A stretch of 55,222 nucleotides of DNA from assembly GCF_000181795.1 (NCBI RefSeq), contig NW_003526944.1, positions 1,828,585 to 1,883,806 on the forward strand, given 5' to 3'. Of the stretch, positions 18,665-32,438 are shown in pieces. The position numbers were made by a program, and so were the translations under genes. The notes under the pieces are model-generated. The model made no database searches. It was not told the origin of the DNA and was given only the letters and a program-made list of their open reading frames with translations. Origin of the DNA: Trichinella spiralis. Taxonomy: Eukaryota. Position 1 is the first letter of the stretch. Each line of letters starts with the position of its first letter.

Positions 18665-21322
18665 CTAAGAAGAAGAAGAAGAAGCACTTTGAACTTTTTT
18701 GGATTTTTGCTTCAAAATGCCCATGTTCTGCAGCTCCAAACGAATGTCACGTTTCTTGCGCAACACTTCCTTAAGAAAAAAAAGATACTGTAATGCCATG
18801 CGATCAGAAGAAAAAAAATATACAGACAAATTTTTAATGAAAACAAATCTCACTCTTTGCTGCTGATTACGAATGGCTTGCTTATTTTTCGCCGTTTTCT
18901 TTTCAACTTGATTTGATTTGGGCATTTTGGAAAACTTAAATATCATTTAGAAGAAAAAATTTTTTAATGCAATTTTCTTCATCTCATCTGTATATTCACG
19001 AATCTTACCAAAAATTTCACTTTGTTCTGCAATTTTTCTGCTTCATAATCCCGATCCAAATTGGTTACCGCTTGCGGATCCAACGTGATCAATTCGGGTT
19101 GAATCTTGGATCAATTAATTAACAATTGTTCAGATTTTATTTTCCAAATAACATTACCCATACCTTGTCAAGAAGAGAATGCACTTCCATCTCCCGTCGT
19201 TGTTGCAACGATTGGAAAGGATTCGACTCAAATGCATCAATATTCGCTTCGCCGGATCCAGGTATGAGCAAGTTACAATAGCCAGTCCGGTGCCCAACTC
19301 CCAGTACATCTTCGAACGGACAGAATCGCAAATCTGTCACCACTTCTTTGCAATTGTGAATCATATACGGTTCAGCCGACGAGAGCTTACAAATATCTTT
19401 GTACACCTAGAAAAAGAAAATACCAACATCACTTTTCCCATGTTCATTTGAATAGTAATCAATTTACCCTGATAAAAGTTCCCATACTACAAGCAAGAAG
19501 TCCTCGTTGACTGAATACCATGTGGCTAGTTGAATAAGGAACTTTCAAGCGATGCAATTCTCCGTAGTTTCTCAAATCCCACACTTTGACTATCCGATCC
19601 GCCCCAACTGTTGCCATGAAACTAAAATGAACATTATTACATTGAACTTTTCTCCCACAACACTTATTATGCTCGCATTTCCCTACTTGCCAGTCTGTTC
19701 CACTGCTACAGATCTCACTGGATTACCATAACACAGCATACTGACCAACGGCTTTTTTACCGTCGGTGACCAAAGTGAAACAGTACCTAAAAAGTAATGA
19801 GTTGCACAATTAACAATAAACATTAATTGTGCAATATTCACCATTTCCATGGCCACAATGAATGATCGCATTCGAAGGATTTTGACACATTACGTCAATA
19901 GGTCCTCGCCTTGTCAAAGTAGACTGGACCAATTTTCCAACGGAAACATCTAACCAATGTAAAAATGATGTTTTACTCTGCAAAAGAGACAAAACTCAAC
20001 TGTTCAAACTTTTCAAATTATACACTTTTATTTACCGATCCAACCAACAAATAATGATACGGTAAAAATTCCAGCCGCATCACATCCGACAAACGTTTCA
20101 AACAATGCAATTCCGTACCCTTGTTGTCGTACACATATGTCCATCTTTTCTGAGCAACAGCCAGCATTGTTTCGTTGTGCAACCACATAAAAAAAGATTA
20201 AACATTCGACTTTGATAAATATGGTCAATTTTTCACAAATACTGAACGTCTCTGACTGCTTCCATAACATTAATTTCGAACTTCAATGATTTATTGAGCC
20301 AATCAAATGCCGCGACATGCCCAACTTGGCCACCGAGCAACACATTCCTTCCATTGCGAGTGAAATCCAGCCGATATGGACCAAATTTTGGCAGGTTCAG
20401 TTCAAAATACTAAAACAGAGTATATAATTAAACGGAAATTTAGTTGCACTGAATTGCAAACACCTTTGAAGAGCTTGCAAGGTCGACTGATTCAATGATA
20501 TCATGTTGTGTGACATGGTAAGTTTGCTCACCTTCGTCAGCCTCCAAAAATCTAAAAAATGCATTGAAATCAATGCACAAAAAGAAAATTAATCAGCTCA
20601 AGTACAATATTGAAGAAAAAACACAAAATTACTTTTTAACATTCATTAAAAATTCAACTATAAAGTAAAAAGAATCAAAGCTACAGCCTGAAGAAATATT
20701 ATTCCTCGACGGTGCTTACATAATGTACATCAAACTTCTTTAAAAGAACCTTATATGGACTGAAAAAACAAAGTGAATATAGACAAATGCTTACCCTTCT
20801 TCTTCGGGTAATAATATTTCCGATCGGGCAGCTTGTAAAATACCAAACGAGGCTTTGTCACGTTGGGCTGCGTATTGAACATGGCCAAACTTTGTTTTAA
20901 AATCCGTCTTCAAAAAATATACACGTTTTATACGAAATACACGTTTTATTTGAAAAAGTTCCAAAAATTACATCTTCATAAGGTGGAAGAGTAGAAACAT
21001 TATTCACGGAACTGCTATAATGTGGAATAACGTCTTCCTTTTTCTCAAAAGCAGCTTTAGCATATTTGCGATTGTGCCGCAAGTTCTTCCTTTTAACGCC
21101 AGTTTTCTTGTCATTATTCTTCCTTTTCAAAGATTTATCATCACTTCTTACATTTCTGTTTTTGCTACCTTGACGAAGAGACTTTGCATTTTTCTTCTGC
21201 TTAAGTGCCTTTTCATCTTTGATTTTCTCATTATCTACAGCTTCTTCCTCGAACGATGATCTGGTCAAAGTAGAGGACCTTTGTTGAGCAGAAAGTGTAA
21301 AATAGCGTACGCTGGAACTCAT
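18665..21322 (-). CDS. WDR46: WD-repeat protein 46 / UTP7 / BING4 (SSU processome), multi-exon
   Basis: [66 protein letters not shown]4 C-terminal domain [12 protein letters not shown]...[20 protein letters not shown]...[22 protein letters not shown]. The boundary of the last exon is less certain. Confidence 0.95.
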
Positions 21323-22262
21323 TTCTTTATATGATTCTATTTTGTTTAAGTTGAAGCTGCAGAAAAACAATTGGATAATGGGATTACTGTAATAATACTG
21401 TATACGATACATTTTTAAAATTATTTAATTATAATGTATTCTAAAAAGATTTTTAAATTTAAAAATATTTTAACCTTTTTGAATAATAACTTCATAATAT
21501 AATATGCGCTATATACGGATGATCTACGGAAAAGATTGTTCATAAGAATTTGACGCCTAAAAATCATACAGTATAATTTATACGAAATGCGGGATGTATT
21601 TTATATTGTAGAATTTTACAAGTAAAATGTGCTTTATTGTTTATTATTAAAATTATTTGTAATATTTTATCCTACTTTTAATTTAAAAGTTCTAAAAATT
21701 GTTGTTTGAACATCTTCATTTTTATCTAATATATATAATCTTTCTTATACTTAAAATGTATATTTTCTGAAATATTTTACTATTCTAAATGTTGAAAGAT
21801 CGTTTTACATGAATATTATGTATTATGTTTATTATGTTACTATATCAATTATAAGCAGTATAAAATCTTATTAATGTTCTAAATCGTACACGATTATAAG
21901 TAAATTTTATTTAATTATGTTATTTAAAATTGAATCTTTTAATGAATTCATTATTTAAATAATTTTCGTTTCATGTAATTGCATCAGTCAAGCATAATCT
22001 ATGAATTTAAAACAAACAGGTTTTTTTATATTTCAATACTTTTTAGTTCATATTTTGAATACTGTAGTTTTCTGCCTGTACTGTTATCGGTTGTCAGGAA
22101 ATGTTTGCTCATTAATGAAATATTTTGATTTAAAAAAATGACAGAATTACGTTATTTAACTTCTTTGCAATATTTTAAGAAATTTAGTTATTTATCGCTT
22201 ATTCTTGCAAAAATCGTCAAAGTGATCTCTCGTTTGAAAATGTTTCCTTTTTTGTTCAGATT

Positions 22263-23467
22263 ATGTTTTCCTCCGGTGAATCTTCGGTGGCCAATTTGAA
22301 AACTCCCTCGTTTTATATGAATACACATGCCGAAGTGTCGGGGCACAGAAGCAGAAAACAAACAACGGTGTCTTCGTCACAAAGAAGCATCGACAGCGGC
22401 TTTGTAAGTTCATCGTTTGAAGATAGAAGCCAGTCTAGCTGGCCGTCGAATAGTCAGAATGGGAATAATTTGTGGAACAGTTGGAATTCGGCTGAAATCT
22501 TTTCCCCGAATTCACTTTTTCCTTTATTTGATAATCAACAAGAAGCGATTAATTCGCATTCGCTTCAAAATAACCAGAATAGTCCAGAACGTTTTCGTAA
22601 TATTCATATCAGTCAATTGTCGGATTCGCAGAACAGCAATAATGGAATTTTGCACGTTCCCGAACAGCCGACAGTTGAATTTTCTCAAAGAAGAGGAAGA
22701 AGAAAGAGCATCAGGGGTAAATCTAAAGCGCAGTTGTACGTGCGAAACATTCGCCAACTAATCAAAGAGGGTATTCTCGAAGCAGGAGTCAATATTTTGG
22801 TCTATCAAGATCCTCAGGTAGACAAATTGACTACCCTGGCATACGGTAACCGTTTGTAATTTAGGACAATGTTCATTACGCGTCGCTGTTGCCCAACGGA
22901 CGTGTGCAGGCTAATGTTCGACTGGGTCCGTTGTTTTCGTCAATCCAACGGTGGGTTGGTTTCTGTTTGGGCCACCAAAATACCAGCCGAACTCCGTTGT
23001 TTGAACTGCTCCGAGTACGCTACCGTAATGTCAGCTTGTTCAAAATCAACATTATATTGGGCGTTGGCTTGTCGCGGGACGAAGTTGTTGAACAAATTGA
23101 ATTGTTGCGACAAAAATCACTGACCAAAGAAATCACCGACTACCGTGATGACTTTGAATTGAACGATCCGAATCAACAGCTACCCGTTTACATGCGCAGT
23201 TTTATAAATGAATTATTAAAAGCGATGCCCGCAGTGAACAACACAAAGCAAAACAACTGCGGTCGTTTGCGTCGAAGTCCGTAAGTGGGTTTTTATTATT
23301 TTTTAATAATTTAATATTGTAAAAGTGAAATTTTGTCCAAGAAACAATAACGATACATTTTTGTTTGTAATATTTTTATTTATTTGAAAAAAAAACTTAT
23401 TTTACTTAGCATTTTCACATTATTTAGACGCATTCGAAATCGTCAACAAGCAGCGAAGAAAAAGTAG
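22263..23467 (+). CDS. Uncharacterised protein: Ser/Asn-rich disordered N-terminus plus RAMA (restriction enzyme adenine methylase-associated)-like domain; exons 22263-22817, 22865-23280, 23428-23467
   Basis: Spliced segment IRQLIKEGILEAGVNILVYQDPQ|DNVHYASLLPNGRVQ...FSSIQRWVGFC...RVRYRNVSLFKI aligns by eye with the RAMA domains of MPND and ANKRD31. Introns are GT-AG and phase-consistent. Confidence 0.75.
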
Positions 23468-23593
23468 AATAACGTTGTTCGCATTCGTATTCTGTTGTTT
23501 TATTTCAATTTTATTATTTCCAATTATTGAATTTATACAATTTATTCAATTGTATTATTAAAAGTAGTTAGAATTTTACTAGCAACCAACTAA

Positions 23594-26378
23594 TTAATGT
23601 CTGATTGTTGAATGCGATTTTGGCGACTTGACAGTGCGTGCATTTTTTGGTGGTAGTTGTTTGGCAAGCGTTGTTTTCGGTGTGGTTGGCTTATTTTCGG
23701 ACAAAGGCAACCAGAGCTCGTCGTCACCAACTACGAGCAGTGTTCTTCTTTCACTATTCAGCTCATCGCAAGATTTTACAAATCTTTTATTCTGCTGCTG
23801 CTGTTGTTGTTGTTGTTGTTGTTGTTTATGCAAATTGTTCACTTTTCGGCCAATTGGAGCAAGTCGAGGACTAGCTTGAAAATTGTTTCGAGGATGCGAG
23901 ACAGTTTTCGCAAGTGGGAATTTTTGTTTACAACTGGCCGCTTCATCCGTCTTCGTGACACCACTTGCGGCAACATCTCGTGATGTACTGCGATGACGAC
24001 GCGCTTGCAACGACGCCAGCACCTTTTGACGAGCTGCGTTATTCGGCTGCTTGAAGTCGACAAAAATTCCAGCTATAATAATATATACAACAAAGAAATT
24101 ATTAATTATTATTTCGTTGTTGCTGTTGATTTTACAGTGGAACGTACTTTCTCGAATGCGTTCTTGCATATCGTGACTTAACAAAGCCCAGTTGTGACAG
24201 TTCACTACTTGACTAGCGTGGTGAATTAGGCGCGAATCGCACAGTTCGTAAAGACGTTTCAAAAAGTGGAAAAAACGCTAGAACGTAAGTCATAAATTTT
24301 TTGTCACTTCTTTCTATACAGCTTTGATAATGCATGCTAATGTGATCAATTTATAATAACCTCATTCCATGTTTCATCATCATCGGAACTCATTTGACTG
24401 CTGACCAAGGTTTTCAGTTCTGCCAATTTTGCCAGCACGCGACATGCTTCTTCCAGTTCCAATGAATGGATCACCGTTGGCAGCAAATCTTCGAAAAATG
24501 GTAAATCAAATGCGAATCCCTGAAGGAAAAAAAACATTCACGTGATGTTAAATTTTTTTTCTTCTAATTTTTAAATTTTTCAAAATGTTCTCTACTTTTC
24601 CCAAATGGATGAAATAGTTTGATGCGAGAATGTCGGCGAAATTGTTGCCAATTCGCTTCAGACAATGTTCAGAAATTTTGGCTACTTTTGTAGAAACTGA
24701 TGCAACTAACGTGCGTGATCTTTTCAACAATGTATCGCAATCGAGAAGCAACTGCAGAGCGCTTTCGCTGTTCTGTAAATTAGTAACCATGCAAATATAA
24801 GGTAAATTAGATTTTGTTTGTTTTTTCATTTTAATTTTATTCGAATATTTTCCTTCGAGAATTGAAAACAACAAATTCCATACCACGTGATCAAGAATAC
24901 GTTCGTAGCATGCATTTTGAACGTGTTCAGCAAGTTGACTGAACGATTTTGAACGCCAGATTTCGGCAAAATGTTCCGCTTGCCAATCCAACGCCGCCTC
25001 GTACAGCTCTTGTAGTCCTTCTAATTCGTTGAATTGGGACAAATGACGTAGAACAAATGTAGCACACTGTGAACACGGCTAAAGCAGAAAAATTTACATA
25101 TGCCAATTTGACAAACAATTGATAAAAAAAACCTTGTGAAAATAATGACAACGTTTGGCTCGAAGTTCGAGTACTGCCAAAGTTTTCAACGCTTTCAACT
25201 GAGTAATATCGGCCAGACGATACAGTTCAATGAGATCTACACTGTCCGGAACTTCCAAAACACCACCATAGATGAACATCAGCATGAAGCTGACGGCTTC
25301 GTTGCTGAAACTAGAAAAGAAAAACAATATATGAAGCTTATTATTTATTCAGTTTCGGATTTTCTTTTTCAATATGTAAATTTTCTTCAATCTCACTTGG
25401 AAATTTCAGGCTGTTTGCATTCAGATGAGCTTTGCCATTGATCCGAGAATAGAGTAGAAAAGTACGAACTGACCGCTGACAAAATACATCTTCAACAAGA
25501 GGAATATAGTGAGTTTTTTTTTGTAATTTTTTCAATTACTTGTGAACGTTGAATTGTGCTGACCGGCTGCTTATGGTGCAGTCGACACCTTGGCCAGTGA
25601 GAAACATGCACAATAGATCAGTGCCAAGCGCTGAACACGGATCTGTAGCTTTTAAGCTGACCACTTGCTGTTGTTCGTTTCTAGAGTCGATTAACGAATG
25701 TTCACTGTTTCTGTTGTCCGATTTGGGTGTGGCTTGGGTGTATTGTTTCACAGAGCTTCGAATTTGTTCTTGTCCATTGGTACAACATTGACATTCCAAA
25801 GTTGACGAGTCTTCCACCAATAAATCCGAATCCGCCAGCTCCGTCTCATCATCTGCTGTATTAGTATCAAATTGATTGCCGTTGGGATCGGAATTTAATA
25901 AATAAGTTTCAGAATCGATCGTGAATGTAGCACCACTGTGTCTGGAGTCGGCAGCAGTGTCGTCGGTAGCAGTATCGTCGGTGTAAATTTTGTGTACAAA
26001 TTTCGACATGGAATTGAAATCCATCTCTGAAATTGGTACAACACGCGGCAGTGGTGAACAACAGTCGTCCGCTTTGGATTCGAATGTTGCCGCGATGTGA
26101 TTATTGTAAAATTCCGGAGCTCGGCATTTCAAAATGCACGAATGCACAGCTAGACGTATGCCGTCGTTCGATTCCAACAAAATATCCGCAAATGACGACA
26201 AATCGCCGATCAATCTGTAAAATTGGAAATTTTATTGGAAGAAAAATTAAGAAAAAAAATTTGATATTTTTTTTGCTTACGATTCCATTGCATCACGCAA
26301 ATTTTTCGCCACCGTTGATTTCAAGTTCAGCTTCTCGACGTGATAACGAGACGCTGAAGTTGGCGAACTTCGCAGCAT
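23594..26378 (-). CDS. BTBD8: BTBD8-like double BTB/POZ protein, multi-exon
   Basis: BTB1 ADILLESNDGIRLAVHSCILKCRAPEFY. BTB2 DCTISSRSAQFNVHK|CILSAVSSYFSTLFSDQW. Characteristic CHYFHK|PCSQC and HFAEIWRSKSFSQL. ATG at 26378 follows an acceptor. Confidence 0.85.
23792..23825 (-). repeat. Coding CAA/CAG repeat (polyQ in the BTBD8-like tail)
   Basis: HK(Q)11NK in the last exon. Confidence 0.85.
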
Positions 26379-27928
26379 TGTTCTTTCTGTTAATCAATCA
26401 TTGCGTAGGAAAGAAAGAATTAATTATGTGGGAAAAATGAATATATTAAAATTTAGAATTCACTCAAATGCACAATAATAATAATAATATTTATAGATCA
26501 ATGGTTGGAAAAATGGACAATTTTATTCTTTATTCTTTATTTTTATCGATCAATCGATGTGAAATTGGTTCAGTCGACAAGAAAACTGATGGCAGGCGGT
26601 TGAAAGATTTCCTCCATTCGATTTTGATCAATTGAATCAAATGGTTAAACGACAAATGAGCAACACTTTAGTGGTGATAGGTGTTGTTGATTTGTTTACT
26701 TGTTTTTATCAAAATATGTTTGAGAATATGGAAAAAAAGAGCAAATGTTTTTTTATGGAAGAATGATGAAACGAGAAAACAGCTAGCTAGTCGGTTCGTC
26801 TCCTTGGCGAGCTGAGATCGATCGTTTGACGCTTTCCAATTGAACACCAGAAACACTCACATGGATAATTTCCAGTGAACATGATGTTTTCGAGAAAGGA
26901 TCTGATCGATTCAACCGCCGCTGCGACTGCCAAGAATAATACATCACGTTGGAATAGGATCAATTGTTTAAAACCGAACGATTCATATAATATAATTGAT
27001 ACATTGACAGTTTTCAAACACGGATATGTAAATCTTTACCAATATTTTCGAAATTCTGTTTATCATTTGAATTTATGATCTCATGCACAATGCAACTGTG
27101 ATAAAAATACACGCGAAATTTGAATCAAATTCAAACACTTAGCGCTCGTTGATTATTTATTTTAGTGGTTCACTGGTTAATAATTAAACTGCAAAATGTT
27201 GAATACGTACCTGTGCTAGTTAAAGCATTTTGCTTTAGAATTCAAGCAATTGAAAGTTCAACATTATCAATCAATCAGTGCAGAATATAGCCGTCTGTAT
27301 GTATGCAATTTGTAATAATTTCAAGGAAGGCAGCTTGCAGCATTCACAAATTAAAAAATCATCCTACATTTCATATACGGTCATACTGTAATGACTTTTT
27401 GACAAAGAAAAACAAACATTAATGCAGTTGAAATATTTCATTTCACGTTTGACATTTTTCAGGATACAAAGTGAAGGTGCAGTCTGCCCAATGGTAGCAA
27501 TTGTATTTTAGAACGAATTTGACAATTTTTCATAAAACTCGTGGAACATAGGAATAAACCAATAGCTTGGTTAATGATGATACATTTGATTTAAAAATTA
27601 AATATTCATTATTTTAATAAATGAATTTTAAAATCAGTTTTTCTTAAATTTTTGACAATTTACTAAAAGAGGTGCATTATTATCTGTATACTGTAGTGAG
27701 GTGTCAAAATATTTTGCATTGTTATTTATAATTTAATTTAAAATTTTTGATTGTTTTACTCGTTTTATTTCACGATAACGTTAATTTGAACTAAATGTAT
27801 GCATCAGTAACGTATTTACGCTTCGCATTTCAACAAAATACACATAACATTTTAAGCATATATACTTAAAATGAGTGCATCATGCAAAAATGTCCATAAG
27901 TGTTATTTTATTTGCAGAATTTACGATC

Positions 27929-28652
<724 letters not shown>

Positions 28653-29597
28653 ATTCTGCAACTTTGCTTTCAAAGCACAGCAAAACGCATCAATTTTCAC
28701 ACTTATTTTTGTATTTTGTTATCAAGAGAATGAAAGGAAAACTGTGAAAATTGTTTTGGAAAAGCTATTCGATTTTATATTATTTATGTATATAATAATA
28801 AAGTTTTATATATTTGGGAAGTTTGCTTTTGAAATGAGAACAACCGGAGTAAAGCAGTTAATTCAATCTGTTGATATATGATGAAACGAAATAATTAAAG
28901 CACGTCATTTATGGTGTTTGAATTTTTGGCAGGTTAATTTTTAAATGGTTCCAAGAGTCGTCAAATTTCATTTAACTTCATTTGAGTTGCTTTTCCAAAT
29001 GTAATGTACGTCTTCCGTTGTCAGATTTGAGCCGATTTTTTCACTTTAAATAATACTTATATTTAATTTAGCATGCTATTTATCTTATAATTGCTCTATA
29101 ATTATGGTTATATTGTTTTCCTTTTACGTATAAACTTGAAAAATGCATACAAATCAGAAATCAAAAAGTTAAGAAAAGCTTTTTATCGGTGAATTTTTGC
29201 CAATTTTTATCAAATCAGTATCAGAATTGTTCAAATGCATTATAATTAAAAAAGTAGGCAGTGCATATTAATTTCTTTATTAATTTACATTAACACATAT
29301 ATGTTAATGCTATTTTTTATTTTACTTTATGCTTAATTAAAATATTTGCAATGATAAGTGAAAATACGATCGCAAGTATTTTTGTAGATTGATACCTGAT
29401 TGTCCCTTTTGCTTAACGTATAACACGGTACATCTTTATTATTGATGCTTTGAGAACTTTTTTTCGTTCGTTTACAGTTTGAGTTTATCTTATTTCTATT
29501 AAAATACCTTTTTCAATTTTAAGAAAATGAAATAATTACAAAATTATCATTTTTTACGTTTTCCATTCTTTCAGAGAAGTCTGAAAACTTTTCTACG

Positions 29598-32103
29598 ATG
29601 CCCGTTTCTGACAATCAAAGTTTGTTAAGTGTTCGTGGAAAGCGTATAACAGGAGAGGCGGTGCGATCCAATAATGGTGAAGTTTTGATTTTATTTTTTT
29701 ATTGTTTGAACAATTGAAAATTTTGTTTTAGTTACTGCCGTGAAAGCGGTGGCGAACATTCTGCGTAGTTCTCTAGGTCCAATTGGCTTGGATAAGATCA
29801 TAGTCGATGATGTTGGTGTAAGTGTTGATTATTATTCTGCGTGTTAGTATACATGTATGGTGAAAATTTTCAAGGATTTGACAGTCACTAATGATGGTGC
29901 TACAATTTTGAAATTGTTGGAAGTGAAGCATCCAGCGGCTAAAGTTATGATAGAACTGGCCCAGTTGCAAGATAAAGAAGTTGGAGACGGTACCACATCA
30001 GTGGTGAGTATTTTTGCTATTTTTATTTTGGGTGATGTTTCATAATTGAGTTAACTGAAATTAAATGCTTTTCAGGTGATTTTAGCCTCAGAAATTTTGA
30101 ATTACGCTGATCAATTGGTCAAACAGAGAATACATCCAACGTCTATAATAAGTGGTTTGCGCGTTGCATGCCGGTAGGAAATCAGTCTCATCAACTAGAG
30201 TCAGTATGGAATAATGTTATTTATTTTATCTTTCTAGCGAAGCTGTTAAATATATGCGTGATCATTTATCAATCAATGTGGATGATTTGGGACGAGACTC
30301 TTTCTTATGCGTCGCGAAAACAGCTATGTCCAGTAAATTCATTGCTGCGTAAGCGAGTTTTGTTTTTGTAATATTAACTGCTTCAGATAGTCAGTTTGTT
30401 TTTAGTGAATCAGACTTTTTTGCTAATATTTTGCTGGATGCGATTGAAAAAGTAAAATTTCAAGAAGGAAGCAGTACGAAATATCCTGTGAATGCAGTGA
30501 ACATTTTGAAAGCACTGGGCGGCCGTTGCCTTGACTCAGTTTTAATTAATGGCTATGCTTTGAATTGCACTGTTGCGTCGCAAGGTTTGTCTTAAACAGA
30601 TTTCATTTTAAGTTTACAAGTTTCATTTTAAAGAATATATAATTTATGTTACAGGCATGCCAAAACAGATAATGCAAGCAAAAATAGCTTGTCTAGATTT
30701 CAGTTTGAATGCGGAAAGATTGAAAATGGGAATCACTTTTGAATTGAACGACCCCAAAGCTATAAATCCCATCATAAAAGAGTAACAAGAATGACATCTG
30801 TCTGGCATTTATTTGATTTTCGAACGGTTTCTTGATTTTCTCACAGGGAGAAAGATATTGCCCGTAGACGCGTTGAAAAGATTCTGAAAGCCGGGGCAAA
30901 TGTTGTGTTGTTAACTGGTGGAATGGCAAATTTTGTTATCGAAATGTTCGTTTCTGCTGGAGTGATGGCCGTTCGTCGATGCAAGAAAGTAGATCTGAAA
31001 CGTATTGCAAAAGCAACAGGAGGTATAATGTGTATTGTTTTGTTTGTTTTTCTCATTAGCTTTCAAAATTTATCATATAGCTACTCTGATTACAAGCATG
31101 ACCGGCCTGGAAACAGAAGAAAGCTTCGACGCTTCTTTGCTTGGACACGCGGAAGAAGTGGTCCAAGAAAGAATATGCGACGATGAATTGATCCTCATCA
31201 AAGGGTTTTTTTGTTTAGATTTATTTTCACATTTTCCTTCAGTTTCTGTTTTGATCAACTTTTGTAATATATTGTTTTAGCCCGAAAGCACGCACATCTA
31301 GTTCTATCATATTGCGTGGAGCCAATGAATTTATGCTGGATGAAATGGAACGTAGTGTTCATGATGCACTATGCGCACTTAAGCGTGTATTGGAAAGTGG
31401 GAAAGTCGTAGTTGGAGGAGGAACTGTCGAAACGGCGATTTCAGTTTATTTGGAAAACTTTGCCAATTCTTTGGTATGTATTATATGTATATATAACTTT
31501 GTTTCATTGATTCTTACTATAGTTATTTATTAGTATATGGTATGAGATTTTCAAGTATTAATATGAATTTCACAGTTTGTATTGGTAAATTAATTTTAAG
31601 TTTCAGATGTGTTAATTGATATTAAATAAATATTTTTTAAATTTATCCTTTATTTAACAATTTTGTTATTTTATTTCAGTCATCAAGAGAGTTGTTAGCC
31701 GTTGCAGAGTTTGCTAGTGCATTGATGGTAATTCCTAGAACGTTGGCAGTAAATTCTGGAGAAGATTGCAGCGACTTGATTGCGAAGTTGAGAGCTTATC
31801 ACAATGGATATTACATGAATCGCAGTGATGAAACGTGGAGATGGTTTGTCAGATGAATTATTTACAGGTGGATGAATATTTGAATTTAAAAAGTTTCTTT
31901 TTTTTTCTATTCACAGGGCTGGACTTGATGTGAAAAATGGAGAAGTGATTGACAACAAAGTAGCAGGTGTTTTAGAGCCGTTGGAATCGAAGGTGAAAAT
32001 ATTGAAATTTGCCACCGAAGCGGCAATTACAATTCTCAGAATTGATGACATGATAAAAGTTGATCCGGAAGAACGTAAAGATCGACGAACCAGATGTCCG
32101 TAG
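29598..32103 (+). CDS. TCP1: T-complex protein 1 subunit alpha (CCT1), multi-exon
   Basis: [104 protein letters not shown]. Confidence 0.97.
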
Positions 32104-32438
32104 TGATCGTTTTGAAAATAATAAAATTGAATTGAATGAAAAACAGCTAAATAAAACATTTGTTTCCAGTATTGTAGTTTTTTTAAATTTATTCTCGTGA
32201 TTTGCACAGTTTTGACACAGATATATTTTTAAAAATTTGTTTCATTTATTTTATTTTGAAAATTTATTTCAGTTCCAACGTATTTTTCTAGACTGAATTG
32301 ATTGCAATTCGGTTTTCAGTTTCATATTCAAACGTAAGTGCATTTTTGTTTTTTTAATTAATTAATATAATATAATATTAATTGACGACAATATATCCGA
32401 TGTAATTGTTTGTAAGTTTTGACTTCAATGGTTGCAAA

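Noticed and set aside
28870..28960. ATGATGA (C-box-like), a hairpin and AATTTTTGG (Sm-site-like): possible snoRNA, SL RNA or SmY RNA
   Set aside because: No D box (CTGA), no leader/donor junction and no convincing 3' hairpin. Such motifs are common in AT-rich DNA.
28653..29597. TRAPPC3->TCP1 as a tight operon
   Set aside because: The gap is ~945 nt, enough for an independent promoter. It cannot be decided from sequence alone.
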